64,000 bases of DNA from a virus (taxonomy: Duplodnaviria > Caudoviricetes). Below, one piece after another: positions 56,601 to 64,000 of this stretch. The stretch covers positions 37,396-101,395 of the IMG/VR virus record IMGVR_UViG_3300046615_000588, one strand, 5' to 3'. The notes beneath the pieces were generated by a model, which was not told the DNA's origin, did no database searches, and saw only the letters and a list, made by a program, of their open reading frames with translations. Position numbers and translations under genes: made by a program. Within the stretch, counting starts at the first letter, position 1; every line of letters begins with the position of its first letter.

Positions 56601-59600
56601 GCAACTTGCGCCGCTCGCCGTCGGCGAACATCCAATCGCCGAACTCGTTATTGATGGCGCGCGCCTTGAGCAGGGCCAGCTTGGTGCGTTCGTCGTCCAC
56701 CACCATCTTGTTGTCGAAGGTGCGCATCATGATCTTGATGGCGCGGCTATTGAGTATGTCGCTGATGATGCTGGCGGCGCTGATGCCGTCCGAGCCCCAT
56801 TCTTCCTCTTTGGCGCGCACCTCCGGCCCGGCCGACACGGTAAAGCTGTTGGTGGCGCGCTGGAACGACACGCGCGCGGCGCTGCCGGTGATGTGCTGCA
56901 GGAAGTCCTGATAGACCGAAGTTGGCACCCAGGTCGAGCCAAGCAGCGCGGTGACGTTTTCGGCGCCCCATTGCTCGGGCAGCACGCTTTCCAGCTCGCT
57001 GGCGTTCTTGCCCAGGCCGGCCGCGCGCGCGGCGGCCAGCTTGCGCTTGACCGCCCCGGTCAGGTAGTCGTTGCGCGTGACCCAGCCCTGCGTTTCCGGG
57101 TCGAGGAACAGCAGCGGGTGCTCCGCCTGCTCGATCTCGGCGACCGCCTCGTCCTCGCTCTTGCCCAGCAGCGAGGCGATCCGCTCGATATCGACGTTGC
57201 CCGATTCGGCCGTCTGGATCGCAATGGCGTCGGCCAGCGAATCGGCCGAGGTGGGCGGCACGTACTTGACGATGACGCGCTCGGACAGGATCGCCGCCGG
57301 TTTGGCCGACGCGGCGCGCACCGGCTCGCCGGTGGCGGCGGCCTTCTTGGCGTCAATCGCCTTGCGGTAGCCCGATTCGAGCGCCTGCACCAGCGCGCCG
57401 TCCGGCATGTTCGACACCAGCGATGAATTGGCCGGTTCGCTAATCAGGCCGTGCGCGGCGACGAAAGCGTTGTAGGCCTTGGCCAGCTCCTTGCGGTTGC
57501 CCTCGATCTGCTGCTCGGGGGCGTCTTCCGCTTCCAGGTTCAGCTGGTCCACCAGCGTATCACGCAGCGCGACCAGCTTGCGCAGGCGGGTGTATTTGGC
57601 TTCACCCAGGCGCAGCGAGGACGGCACCTGCGACTCATCGGCATACACATGCCGCTCGTACACGTTGAATTTGGTGGCCTTGTCGCCGTTCATGACCTTG
57701 AGCGACTTGCCATTCTCGCCTTTCACCGCCTCGACTTTGTACCACCTGCCATGATTGTCCATCTGCAGCTGCTCGGACCACGGCGAATCTGGCGTCAGGG
57801 TGCGCCGCGTCAGCTCGTACTGGCCGTTCGGCGTTTCGCGCTCGGTCACCTGCTGCAGACTGCCGTCGTTGTGCAGGCGGATTGATCCCGCCTCATGCCC
57901 GGCCAGGGCGATTTGCAGCGCGTCGGCCAGGTTCGCATAGCGTTCCAGCGCGATATCGACGGCGCTGGGCTCTTGCACCATGACATTCTGCGGCAGGCGC
58001 GCGATGGCGTCGGACAGCTGCGCGGCCAGCGGGCGCGATTCGTCTGGGCGCACCGTGATGTCATTCTTGAACTGCATTTTGCCCGAGCGTTCCAGCGTGC
58101 CCAGGATCATGTGCGGGTTGGCGGCGAAATACTGGCTGGTCGGCATGGCGTCGCCGCCCAGCGGGTCCTTGACACGCGCCACCTCGATCCATGCCGGCAC
58201 CTGCGCGGCCAGTGCTTGACGTTCGCGTTCGGCCTCGGCGGTCTTGCCCTGTTTGCCGCCGTGCGCCAGGAAGGCTGCCTCCATGGCCGCTTCCTCGAAA
58301 GCGGTGTGGCGCTGCAGGAAAACGATGTCGGTGACCACGCTGGTGCGGGCGTTTTCCTTGAAGGCGGTATCCGGCAGGCGGATCGCCCCCAGCAGCTTGG
58401 CACGCTTGGCCAGCTCGATGCGGGCCGACGGGTCTTGCGCATCCATCAGGTAGCGCGAGACCACCTGGATTTGCAGCCCGCCCGGCTTGACGGCGTCAAG
58501 CGAGGCGAGGAAGAACTGGTTGTGGATGGAAAAGCGGTTCAGTTCCGGTTTGAACTGGAAACGCAGGTGCTGCTCGCCGAATGGCGGGTTGCCGATGGCC
58601 AGGTCGAACTGGCCATCGGGCAGCGGCACGTTCTGGAAGCCGCTGTGCAGGATGGTTTCCTGCGGATACAGCAGGCCGGCGATGCGCGCCGTCAGGCTGT
58701 CGTACTCGACGCCGATGAAGCGCGTGCGCGCGCCCAGGTCGGCCGGCATCAGGCCGAGGAAGTTGCCGGCGCCGACCGACGATTCGAGCGCCAGACCGCC
58801 CTGATAGCCGAGGCGCTGCGCGGCCTGCCACATGCCGGCGACCACGGTTTCGGAGGTGTAGTGCGCGTCCAGCGTCGAGCGGCGCGCGAGGGCGTATTCC
58901 TTTTTCGACAACAATGCTTCAAGGTCGGCGCCGCGCTGCGCCCAGCCGTCGCGGAATTTGCCCGTTTCCGGGTTGGGGAAGGAGGCGGCCAGGCCGCCCC
59001 AGCCGACATAGCGCGCCAGCAGCGCCTGTTCGGCGGGCGTGGCGCGGCGGTTTTCCGCCTCGATGGTCTTGAGGGTGCGGATTGCCGCCAGATTGTCGTT
59101 GAATTTTTCGGTCTCGCCGCCCTGGCCGAGTCGCAGGGCGGCGCTGATGCGGAAGTTCAGCGCCGGGATGGTGGGCGCCGGCGGGGTCAGTTCTCCGGGT
59201 TCTCCACGAACGGCCGCATCGTTTTTTGATACTGTCTTTCCTTCGCTGCCAGTTCCCTTGACTCCCAATCGTCCTTTGGCTCCGGCTTGAGCAGGATGAA
59301 CTTCGGCAGCACCACTTCCTCCGCCTCGTGCTCCTGATACCCCTGCATCATCAGGTCGGCGATTTCCCGCTGCGCTTTCAGCGCCGCCGTCTGGATTGCC
59401 TGATTGAATTCCCCCGCCGCTTTCAAATCCTGCGTTTTCTTCGGCAGCCATTCCTCCCAATGCTTGCGGGCCTTGATCGCCAATGAAGTCCTGTCCATGG
59501 TCTGCCTCCTTGTTGGATGATGCTTTATTATCACCCTTTTCGGCGGCGGCGGTCATCGCGCTGATGCTGTCGTTGCTAAAATCGTTGACCGTGGCCTCGC

Positions 59601-62600
59601 TGTCGGTGCCGCCATGGAACTCGGCCACCGCGTTGTAGGCCGCCTTCCACTGGCGCGGCGTGATCTGGTCCACGAACGACGCAGTCTTGTCATTGGCGCG
59701 CATGGCGCGCGCGGCCATGCCGATGGCCTGCTGGAACGAGCGCAGGCCCTTGCGGATCAACAGTTCAACCACCTTCGACAGGGCCGGCAGCAGTTCGCCG
59801 GCGCTGCGCTGCGGCCCACTCATCTTCTTGACGCCGCCGAACACATCGCCCAGCACATCGCCCAGGTCCGACAGCGCCGCCTTTAGTTCATCGTCCAGCA
59901 GCGCGTCCAGGTCGGTGGTCTGCTCGGCACTGGCCGCGGCTTGCGCATCCTTGGCAGCTTTCGCGTCCTGCATCTTTTTCAGGCCCGGCTTGTCTCCGGC
60001 CGCTTGGCGGGCGCGCTCCTTTTCGACTTCGCGGGCGATACGCTGCGCTTGCACGCCGTCCTCGATGTAGTCCAGCGTCGGGCCGCCGGTCTTCTCGCTC
60101 ACCGATATCTTGTTCTTACCGATGAAAGTCGCAAAGAAACCGGCGTCGTTCAGCCAGGCGCGCAGCGCCTTGTTGTCGGTCTCGGAAAACGCCTTGCCAA
60201 CGGGCGGAACCAGATACATTTGCTGGCCGCGGGTGGTCAAACGGTAGTCCAGCGTTGGCGGCTCTGGCACGTCGAATTTTTCAACCTGCTGCTGCGATTC
60301 GTTGGTGCGGTCCTCGTCCTCGTCACTGGCATAGTCGCCGGTGCCCTCTTTCAGCGCCGTCACTTCCTCGATCAGCGCATCGCGGGCTTCCTCGGGGTCG
60401 CCGTTCTCGTAGGTTTCCCCCATCAGCTCGCGGATGCGGTCTTCCGGCACGCCGGCTTGCAGGGCGGTGGCGATCGCACCCGACGCTTCCGGGTAGTCGC
60501 CGGTCAGGCGCTGTTCGGGTGACAGGTCGGCGTAGTTGTTGGCCATGAAGAAGGCCGCGGCGAAACCGCGCGGGGTTTCCGAACGGGCGTTCTTGGTCTC
60601 CTGGCTGCTGCCGCCGAACTTCTGGTGCATCTTGCTGCCCAGGACAGGATCGACCGGCGAGAGCGGCAGGTCGGTCTGGAAATTACCCCACAGCATGGTC
60701 TTCTTGGTGTACGCATGGCCGAAATTGTTCGGGTTGAAGCTCATGCGCGCCGGCGGCAGGCCGGTCAGATTTTCGATGCGGCTGACCGGGTTTTCCAGCG
60801 CCCAAAACTTCGGCCGCAATTCCTGGACCAGCGACAAGGACGCGAACACCAGCTCCTTGCTGGCCTCGGTGCGCCCGTCCGCATCCTTGGCGGCGAAATG
60901 CTTGGCGCCGGCCACGGCAAAGTCGGTGCAGGGCACGGCAATGAGCATGCCGTGAATGTCCCCCTCGACCCCCATGTTGTCGTACAGGTATTCGGCATTC
61001 AGGTCGTGCACGTCGATGCCGTTCTGGATATCGATCGGGATCACGTTATAGCCGGCGTCAGCCCACGGCTGGCCCCACTCGCCGGTATAGTCGAACAGCG
61101 ACAGGATGACCTTCTGGCTGTTTTCCGCATGGATCGCTTCGTTTTCTTTCTGTTCGATGGCGTGGTCAATCCATTTGTCCTGGTCAAGGATGGCCGATTC
61201 CAGCTCCAGCCACATCGCCTTCATTTCGGCGACCCCGCCCGCCAGCCCCTGCTTGGTGCCGACCCGGCCCGAGTCGCGTCCCTCCTTGCTCTCACGCTGC
61301 TCGCCGGCCATCACGGCGCCCTGCGTCATTGGCGCGGAGTCGTAGCGGTTGGTGTAGTTCGAGGTGATGCGGAAGTGGCGCTTGCCCTCCTTTTTGCTGC
61401 GCGCATCGGTGTCTTCCACCATGGTGATGAGCGGCTGCGCTGGCACGTTCTCGACATCCTTGAGCGCGGCCAGGGTCGCCGGCGACGGCGCCATGGTCCA
61501 CTTACCGATGCCAGCCGGCTTCGGCTCGGGAGCGTGCCGCACCGTGGCCGGATCGACCCGCTTGTCGGTCTGGACGTACTTGTCCGGCGCGGCGAACAGC
61601 GCGGCGAATTCGTTGGTGATCTCGGCAAACTGGTCGGCGTGCATTTCCAGCGGCACCAGTCCCGCATTGACCGGCGCCATTTCCTTCACCGGGCCGTTGT
61701 CAAACGGCGCGAATTTGTTGTCCGGGTTGAGCGGCTTGCCTTCGTTGCGGGCGTGTTCCGGCGCGGTGCCGTTGTCGGGTTTGCCGGCGGCGGCGTTGGC
61801 GCGCGCCTCGATCAGGTCCTGCAGCTCGCCGTCCTCGCCGTCGTTCAGGCGCTCGTCGGCGGCGATCTGCTCGGCCATGCCTTCGCTGGCCTGGCCCGCC
61901 TCGATGGCCTTGCGGTAGCGCTGGTACTGCTCGCTGTGGGCGCCCTGCTGCGGCACGTCGATGACGCCGCCATCCTTGAGGTACACGCTGCCGTTGGCAT
62001 CAACGTGCGCGGCCGGGTCGCGTTTGAGAATGTCGATTAGTGGGCGAGCCGGTTTGAAAAGATTATTTACTTGCAGGTTTTCCGCCCCGAGTTGGCCGCC
62101 CAGGTCACGCTTGAATTGCTCCCAGCTTACCCCGTCCGGGTTGAAGGTGCGGGCCTTGCCATCGGCGGTCTTCAATTTCAGCGTCTTGCCGGTGATCGAT
62201 TCGACCGTGTGTTGCTGGCCATTCATCTTGAAGGTGTCACCCACCCGCATGTTGGCCGCCGCGATGTTGGCCCAGGCGTGTTCGTTGTATTCGTCCTGCG
62301 GATCGGTCCTGGCATGCTGGAAGCCCAGCTGGCGGTTCGGGTAGTTGACCTCCCCGCTTCCCGCCGCTCCCCGCTTTTCCCCGTTGCGGGAATTACCGGG
62401 CGTGGTGGTGCCTGGCGGGGTCACCACCCCCTGGCCAAGAGTGATGCGGTGCTCGGTATTGACACCGGGATGGGCGCGCGTGTCGATGCCGAGGACGGCG
62501 CTGGCGGCGTCTTCCTCGCGCTCGATGGCATCCGGGTTGACGTTCTTGTGTTCGCGCTCGACCTGATAGCGGCGCGGCGCCAGGCCGTTCAGGACGTTGC

Positions 62601-63999
62601 TGATGGCCTTGAGCTGCTTTTGCAGCTCGCGTGCCTCGGGCGAGTGGCGCGCGTCGACCTCGCCATCCTTGAAGCCGAGCGCGGCCAGCTTGGGCGCGAT
62701 CTCGTTCCAGCGCGCCACCGCGGCCTCGCCGATGGCACGCGGCAAGGCGGGGATCGTGTTGATCTTCTCGGCCAGACTGTCGTAGGTTTCCGGTTCGATG
62801 GCGACCGGCACCGGCGGCTTGCCCTCGCCAGCCTTGGTGTTGATGGCGACGCGCGCCTTTTCCTCGCGGAAGGCGATATTCTGTTCGTTTAGCCGGCCCT
62901 GCTTGGCGTCCAGCTCGACACCCGCCTCGATAGCGTTGTGCATGCCTAAATCGCCCGCCTGTTGCAAGCTATTGAGCATGCTGCGGATGCGCGGGGCGAA
63001 CGGCGAGTCGTGCCAGGCGCGCGGCACCATTGCGCCGACGGGCGCGGCGCTGCCTGCCGGGGTAACAGGCGCTGCCGCTTGCTGCGTCGCCTTCGCATCG
63101 CGGGCGCGCTGGTAATCCGCCTGTTCCGCTTCGGCCTTCTTGATCAAGCCGTCATACACCCAGGCGTTGCCAACGGCTTCGGCGTCCTTTTGCTGCTGGC
63201 GCAATTCCGCCAGGTGCTCATCCAGGTGGACAAGGCGCGCATCGAGATTGGCCAAGGCGTCGTCCTGCTTGGCGACGGGGGCTGGCTCGGCCCCGGACAC
63301 GCTGGCCGACTTGACCGGGATTTCGGCCGGCGCCGTTTCCAGCGTATAGCCGTTAGCCTTGGCGAAAGCCTCGGCCGCTGCAGCGGTGTCGAAGCGGCGC
63401 GGTGAGCCGTCACCATTGCCGCTGACAATACTCTCGTCACTTTCCAGCGTGAACTTGCCGTCCGTGCCGGGCGTGGCGCGATAGCGTTCGTTGTCGTTCG
63501 GGGCGGCGGCGGGCGTGGTGGTGCCTGTTGGCGCTGCGCCGGCAGCATCCGCGAACTCGCGTTTCATGTCGCCGTTCTTCAGCCAGTCCTTCAGCTGGTC
63601 CGGCGTGGTCTCGGTGACGGCCTTGGCGCCGGCCCAGCCAGCGGCGTAGTTGTCCTGGTACAGCTGACGCGCGTCTTGCGCGCTGTCCACGCCGGCGATG
63701 ACCTTGTGTTCATCAAACTTGCCGGTCTTCGGATCGATCTGGTCAACGACAAACACCTTCTGGCTGTCCGGGTTGTCGCCGACAAACACGTCCACCGGCG
63801 CGCCATCGGCGCCTACGGTGCCGGTGAAGCGGCCGTAGTGCGCCGTCATCAGCGACTCCCATGGGTTGTCGCTGTCCTTGCTGCGGCGGGTCGATCCCTT
63901 CGGGTTCTCGATGCCGACCGGCAGGCCGAACAGGGTCGGGTGGCCCAGCTTGGCGTTGTCGGCGTCGATCTGTGCCTGGCTGGCCGGCGTGCGGTCGTT
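47629..63999 (-). CDS. Giant DarB-like polyvalent protein (>5,450 aa, 5' end outside the window): pyrophosphatase-like, C5-MTase-like, N6A-MTase, SNF2 helicase, zincin peptidase, ART-like and PLxRFG domains
   Basis: Frame open to the window edge; IENPKG/HYG/DVF, LSLFDYTG/PC/ENP, NPPF (58579-90), HAVGAGKT, DEAH (55903-14), HELYGH (53146-63), VVYHGT, YFPLARFG. Confidence 0.9.
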   Translation of the reverse strand, partial: NDRTPASQAQIDADNAKLGHPTLFGLPVGIENPKGSTRRSKDSDNPWESLMTAHYGRFTGTVGADGAPVDVFVGDNPDSQKVFVVDQIDPKTGKFDEHKVIAGVDSAQDARQLYQDNYAAGWAGAKAVTETTPDQLKDWLKNGDMKREFADAAGAAPTGTTTPAAAPNDNERYRATPGTDGKFTLESDESIVSGNGDGSPRRFDTAAAAEAFAKANGYTLETAPAEIPVKSASVSGAEPAPVAKQDDALANLDARLVHLDEHLAELRQQQKDAEAVGNAWVYDGLIKKAEAEQADYQRARDAKATQQAAAPVTPAGSAAPVGAMVPRAWHDSPFAPRIRSMLNSLQQAGDLGMHNAIEAGVELDAKQGRLNEQNIAFREEKARVAINTKAGEGKPPVPVAIEPETYDSLAEKINTIPALPRAIGEAAVARWNEIAPKLAALGFKDGEVDARHSPEARELQKQLKAISNVLNGLAPRRYQVEREHKNVNPDAIEREEDAASAVLGIDTRAHPGVNTEHRITLGQGVVTPPGTTTPGNSRNGEKRGAAGSGEVNYPNRQLGFQHARTDPQDEYNEHAWANIAAANMRVGDTFKMNGQQHTVESITGKTLKLKTADGKARTFNPDGVSWEQFKRDLGGQLGAENLQVNNLFKPARPLIDILKRDPAAHVDANGSVYLKDGGVIDVPQQGAHSEQYQRYRKAIEAGQASEGMAEQIAADERLNDGEDGELQDLIEARANAAAGKPDNGTAPEHARNEGKPLNPDNKFAPFDNGPVKEMAPVNAGLVPLEMHADQFAEITNEFAALFAAPDKYVQTDKRVDPATVRHAPEPKPAGIGKWTMAPSPATLAALKDVENVPAQPLITMVEDTDARSKKEGKRHFRITSNYTNRYDSAPMTQGAVMAGEQRESKEGRDSGRVGTKQGLAGGVAEMKAMWLELESAILDQDKWIDHAIEQKENEAIHAENSQKVILSLFDYTGEWGQPWADAGYNVIPIDIQNGIDVHDLNAEYLYDNMGVEGDIHGMLIAVPCTDFAVAGAKHFAAKDADGRTEASKELVFASLSLVQELRPKFWALENPVSRIENLTGLPPARMSFNPNNFGHAYTKKTMLWGNFQTDLPLSPVDPVLGSKMHQKFGGSSQETKNARSETPRGFAAAFFMANNYADLSPEQRLTGDYPEASGAIATALQAGVPEDRIRELMGETYENGDPEEARDALIEEVTALKEGTGDYASDEDEDRTNESQQQVEKFDVPEPPTLDYRLTTRGQQMYLVPPVGKAFSETDNKALRAWLNDAGFFATFIGKNKISVSEKTGGPTLDYIEDGVQAQRIAREVEKERARQAAGDKPGLKKMQDAKAAKDAQAAASAEQTTDLDALLDDELKAALSDLGDVLGDVFGGVKKMSGPQRSAGELLPALSKVVELLIRKGLRSFQQAIGMAARAMRANDKTASFVDQITPRQWKAAYNAVAEFHGGTDSEATVNDFSNDSISAMTAAAEKGDNKASSNKEADHGQDFIGDQGPQALGGMAAEENAGFESGGGIQSGNPDGGAESAAGNRRPDDAGVSGARGGGSGAAEVHPAQAGAKGRLGVKGTGSEGKTVSKNDAAVRGEPGELTPPAPTIPALNFRISAALRLGQGGETEKFNDNLAAIRTLKTIEAENRRATPAEQALLARYVGWGGLAASFPNPETGKFRDGWAQRGADLEALLSKKEYALARRSTLDAHYTSETVVAGMWQAAQRLGYQGGLALESSVGAGNFLGLMPADLGARTRFIGVEYDSLTARIAGLLYPQETILHSGFQNVPLPDGQFDLAIGNPPFGEQHLRFQFKPELNRFSIHNQFFLASLDAVKPGGLQIQVVSRYLMDAQDPSARIELAKRAKLLGAIRLPDTAFKENARTSVVTDIVFLQRHTAFEEAAMEAAFLAHGGKQGKTAEAERERQALAAQVPAWIEVARVKDPLGGDAMPTSQYFAANPHMILGTLERSGKMQFKNDITVRPDESRPLAAQLSDAIARLPQNVMVQEPSAVDIALERYANLADALQIALAGHEAGSIRLHNDGSLQQVTERETPNGQYELTRRTLTPDSPWSEQLQMDNHGRWYKVEAVKGENGKSLKVMNGDKATKFNVYERHVYADESQVPSSLRLGEAKYTRLRKLVALRDTLVDQLNLEAEDAPEQQIEGNRKELAKAYNAFVAAHGLISEPANSSLVSNMPDGALVQALESGYRKAIDAKKAAATGEPVRAASAKPAAILSERVIVKYVPPTSADSLADAIAIQTAESGNVDIERIASLLGKSEDEAVAEIEQAEHPLLFLDPETQGWVTRNDYLTGAVKRKLAAARAAGLGKNASELESVLPEQWGAENVTALLGSTWVPTSVYQDFLQHITGSAARVSFQRATNSFTVSAGPEVRAKEEEWGSDGISAASIISDILNSRAIKIMMRTFDNKMVVDDERTKLALLKARAINNEFGDWMFADGERRKLLVETFNEKFNTRVGRQHDGSHLVLPGKVPDAVIRMRRHQKNAVWRGIVERFMLIDHAVGAGKTYTAIARAMERRRMGLAKKPMIVVPNHMVRQFTADTYRLYPGAKVLAAGNKDFEKSRRRKLFAKIATGDYDIIIVPHSSFGFIGIAPDTELRYLERELETAEAAIIEAQQAADDDPSQQGSTRKPFGVKEAERLRDKITARMDKIRGNQNKDKLLTFEQMGVDDLTVDEAHEMKNLFYSSRLTNVKGMGNKAGSQKAFDLYNKVRVLRESPKGAVTFMTGTPISNSAVEMYTMMRYLAADELRDLGLEHFDAWRAQYVSNDTAWEPNETGRLKEVNRLGRTWSNMRSLMDLYYGFTDAVSNDDIKKSYREDNDGAEFPIPRVKGGDRQSVVIQPTAAQQAMLDHIMAAFDGLPNIADPYDRNKERLRLMDRARKVSLDVRAIDPRNPSKEAGGKLEKIADEVTRLYKKWDADLGTQLVFLDRSVPKSKGDDKLVKEYDTLLAAQEQALLDDDEDAQRRIGEKLEAFDPDEMDALRQALAGGWNAYQQIKDNLIARGIPANEIRFVQEANNDEQKQALFDAVNDGRVRVLIGSTQRMGAGTNVQERLVGLHHADVTWKPSDIEQREGRIIRQGNALLEKYGMDKFEVEILAYATERTIDAKMWNLNATKLRTINGIRNYDGAFSMEFEDADSVSMAELAALASGDPLLLERVKLMADIDRLELLRRQYTRKQWGVVSQIEDAEKALKTMPATIASYQRDVDALDKAWAELHAAVDQRTVQVEGKAYATYKEAMDAVRASVQAQQAGDENAKFTIKVGAKRATSMNGAHDAVNAALGDMFEASVDGQTLVQRVALQRVAAERATDLANGLAKGQQKSVMLGTMLGMPLELTVGRSQYFSFYGATLALQRADGSTLAAGASGDGKDGQFSTALLAAPLIELEKGASPDYFTRGIHSAKERIADAEKTLPELLPKRDVPFAHQAELDEKMARLEEVIRQLSAKPQAAAANSAPAVPELTLTGDREPGPEPQPRLQRRAEDRKRRAEDPLFARAKNGQAGAVAQHAEPISDRAMDAVVKRIQAAFARRAGAALPIAIQPVRGMEDLPPALQEAARRQQLDLGKGVYFENTVYVVQQAHGTAEEVERTIFHELYGHAATASLFGGEWLAKQNALLKAIGGGAGLYRLAAANKIDLHDYAAGLQADTSLTDEQRRAIMMDELLAHLAEKKTVLRQKINEFIGAVRAWLRAHGFAKLAEYGNTDLAHLLAEARRSLAAKATGEAGPAMPVFARDEAHAPVFYSTLARQIDKTVMKTASPLHWGETIMGTAFSQQGVKQDEIQWSGVLDWLLLQAQAGVKKVDKAQLQNYLAENGVRVSETMQGEPAPASEEGLAQRKAVFDQYQPRIDAANQRAWDHTLSNRENDEARDEMEELMTERDRAANDAYRLPADTTPPSQFGQYQLPGGANYRELLLTLPIKESYFAIDDYIDALSEKYGTHTVNNITYPNWTEDQLTPGERAQLSELRDEKRKQPMFVSAHWNEPNVLAHIRFNDRTDADGKRVLFIEEMQSDWGQQGKRKGFAGPPATAQELRAAADAANEADLALDAARSMLAKYEGDVRHWNEQLAKLERDPRTEQGRLASANKYLNEALDHKSAQLQVVGAASDALIAANSAQEALAAKDKGIKRAPFVGKTEAWLSLAVKRMIAYAAQNGYDKVAFVNGQQSVERYSLEKHVREIRVLLRPDGRYSVFGAVDDESPQRLTERAGVDAAGLADFIGQELGQRAVADLAAKDAAKRAGVQMYRVQSADGMPFDGKKYQLRMAQEIARAYDMQVVPDGKPLSKAVLDEPVDQTYSGADLRVGGEGMKTFYDQIVPNVVNDVLKKLGGGKVGTIRVDTASDAERPGIERARRLGMLQPGYGTTEQPGFAISDSLREKAQAGLPLFARQQQDTDAFQRWFRDSKVVDGNGKPLVVYHGTYRDFNVFDRGQEADNRGGLKLDTIGSWFSSNADSASKYGSTIMPSYLSIQRPITFQGDEQQGAIKAFRAAVEREGGVEQFRQAALDEGYDGVAIYGDKIDKLEGDVFIAFEPGQIKSATGNNGNFDPTNPNILFSRSPSDISRQVGSTIKALTVTSIKNKLVDYGRIALQFLGRQQLVEVYGHLFPQGIKDNLMALYNKLAMRMDAEKHDTSAQADTIATDWGKLKDHQALAELMHDATLYQIDPRKKYVMGDIKTNYTELRARYEALSPGAKAVFTEASNAYEKHYAAVREAVHQRIDRALAGNPNRAAMLARMDAEFFGKIKGIYFPLARFGDYMVQVNWRGVNPNPAMGQAREAIHFAETMGEAQALRAELIKQYPPERGYQVAQVTLRAEYNAARDSVGRGFLQQMFNLFKTTGMDPSLQDAINQLYLTSLPDLSWAKHGIHRKGTPGFSQDARRAFANHMFHGARYLAKLNYADQLAQAIDDMQHYVNAHNQDAGYDAVKAQQVVDEMVKRHDLYLNPKNNKLSNWLTSVGFVFYLGLSPASAAVNLTQTALVAYPILGGRYGFGKAASALTAASQDAVRGHNDMGKVLTGDELRAYEGWIKSGLVDVTLAHDLTSIAAGHDSALHGAMGTVLKTASFMFHHAERFNRQATALASYRLAREQGMDHDAAYAASVQDTNAAHFDYSSGNRARVMQGDVARVVLLFKQYAQNMIYTFTRNAVRAVKGDRQAAKTIAGLLTTHALAAGVLGLPVVGTLLAAASMIGGSDDEPWDAEIALRNLMADAFGDKAGEVLAHGLSRLTPWDISARVGLNSLLLPDVQEGLAGAPLAESYMTGLLGPVAGMVVNASKGMYTIAHNGDWQRGLEEMMPAFLRGPLKTLRYAQEGIKDRTGIELLPETTLAEDAGQFLGFSPSRGREAQAGKSAIYQTDKALQQRRQQLMTEYAHHVMRQEDPAATLQAIQAFNALHPTRMIAPLHLQHSVRLHMQHVAQAKEGIFLPKSRRDARAAGAFADETP
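59187..59498 (-). CDS. Nested out-of-frame gene (103 aa) inside the giant ORF, TnpV-like helical protein
   Basis: AAGGAGG 6 nt before ATG; GC3-rich codons; ATGACC-N18-GATAAT upstream; host frame here is a G/A/S-rich linker. Confidence 0.7.
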   Translation of the reverse strand: MDRTSLAIKARKHWEEWLPKKTQDLKAAGEFNQAIQTAALKAQREIADLMMQGYQEHEAEEVVLPKFILLKPEPKDDWESRELAAKERQYQKTMRPFVENPEN

Positions 64000-64000
64000 G

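Larger units (their letters stand above)
1..64000. mobile_element. Part of a temperate phage / phage-plasmid genome
   Basis: cI/cro switch, Q-like gene, primase/helicase, lysis genes and virion proteins co-occur with ParA, a RepL-type initiator and a dif-like site; no host housekeeping genes. Confidence 0.9.

Noticed and set aside
47927-63806. Many long antisense and alternative-frame ORFs over the giant gene (e.g. 53503-55872 +)
   Set aside because: Typical shadows of a GC-rich gene with no SD or motifs; only 59187-59498 has independent support
63847-63849. ATG at 63849 as the start of the giant protein
   Set aside because: The frame stays open to the window edge and encodes the first half of the pyrophosphatase-like domain

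Overview
GC-rich segment of a temperate tailed phage that appears to be maintained as a plasmid (phage-plasmid). The host is probably an Oxalobacteraceae betaproteobacterium, inferred from the SSB sequence, two small protein families and a Burkholderiales-type dif arm. Left to right: (1) a short + strand accessory cluster (97-2346); (2) a minus-strand late fibre operon (2390-13341) with three paralogous beta-helix adhesins and a 20-aa-repeat shaft protein carrying exactly three copies of an N-terminal module; (3) Q-like antiterminator, nuclease, vWA, primase, helicase, ParB-like, Ref-like and Cro genes (13654-21165); (4) a lambda-like immunity region with 3+3 CAAG-N5-CTTG-type operators and a repressor that appears non-cleavable; (5) a recombination operon (exonuclease, SSB, NinB); (6) plasmid maintenance functions: ParA plus an RHH partner, an AT-rich centromere candidate, an XerCD dif-like site and a RepL-type initiator with an origin region; (7) many small accessory genes, including apparent decoys of host regulators and defences (two WYL-less CapW-like wHTHs, two defective-looking H-NS proteins, orphan or truncated antitoxins, a divergent Acb2-like protein, a degenerate LuxR solo); (8) a lysis cassette; (9) a >5,450-aa DarB-like polyvalent protein, open at the window edge, that contains a nested out-of-frame gene with its own Shine-Dalgarno and promoter candidate. 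No integrase, terminase, portal, capsid, tRNA, rRNA or CRISPR array was seen. All family assignments come from motif recognition by eye, not from database searches.
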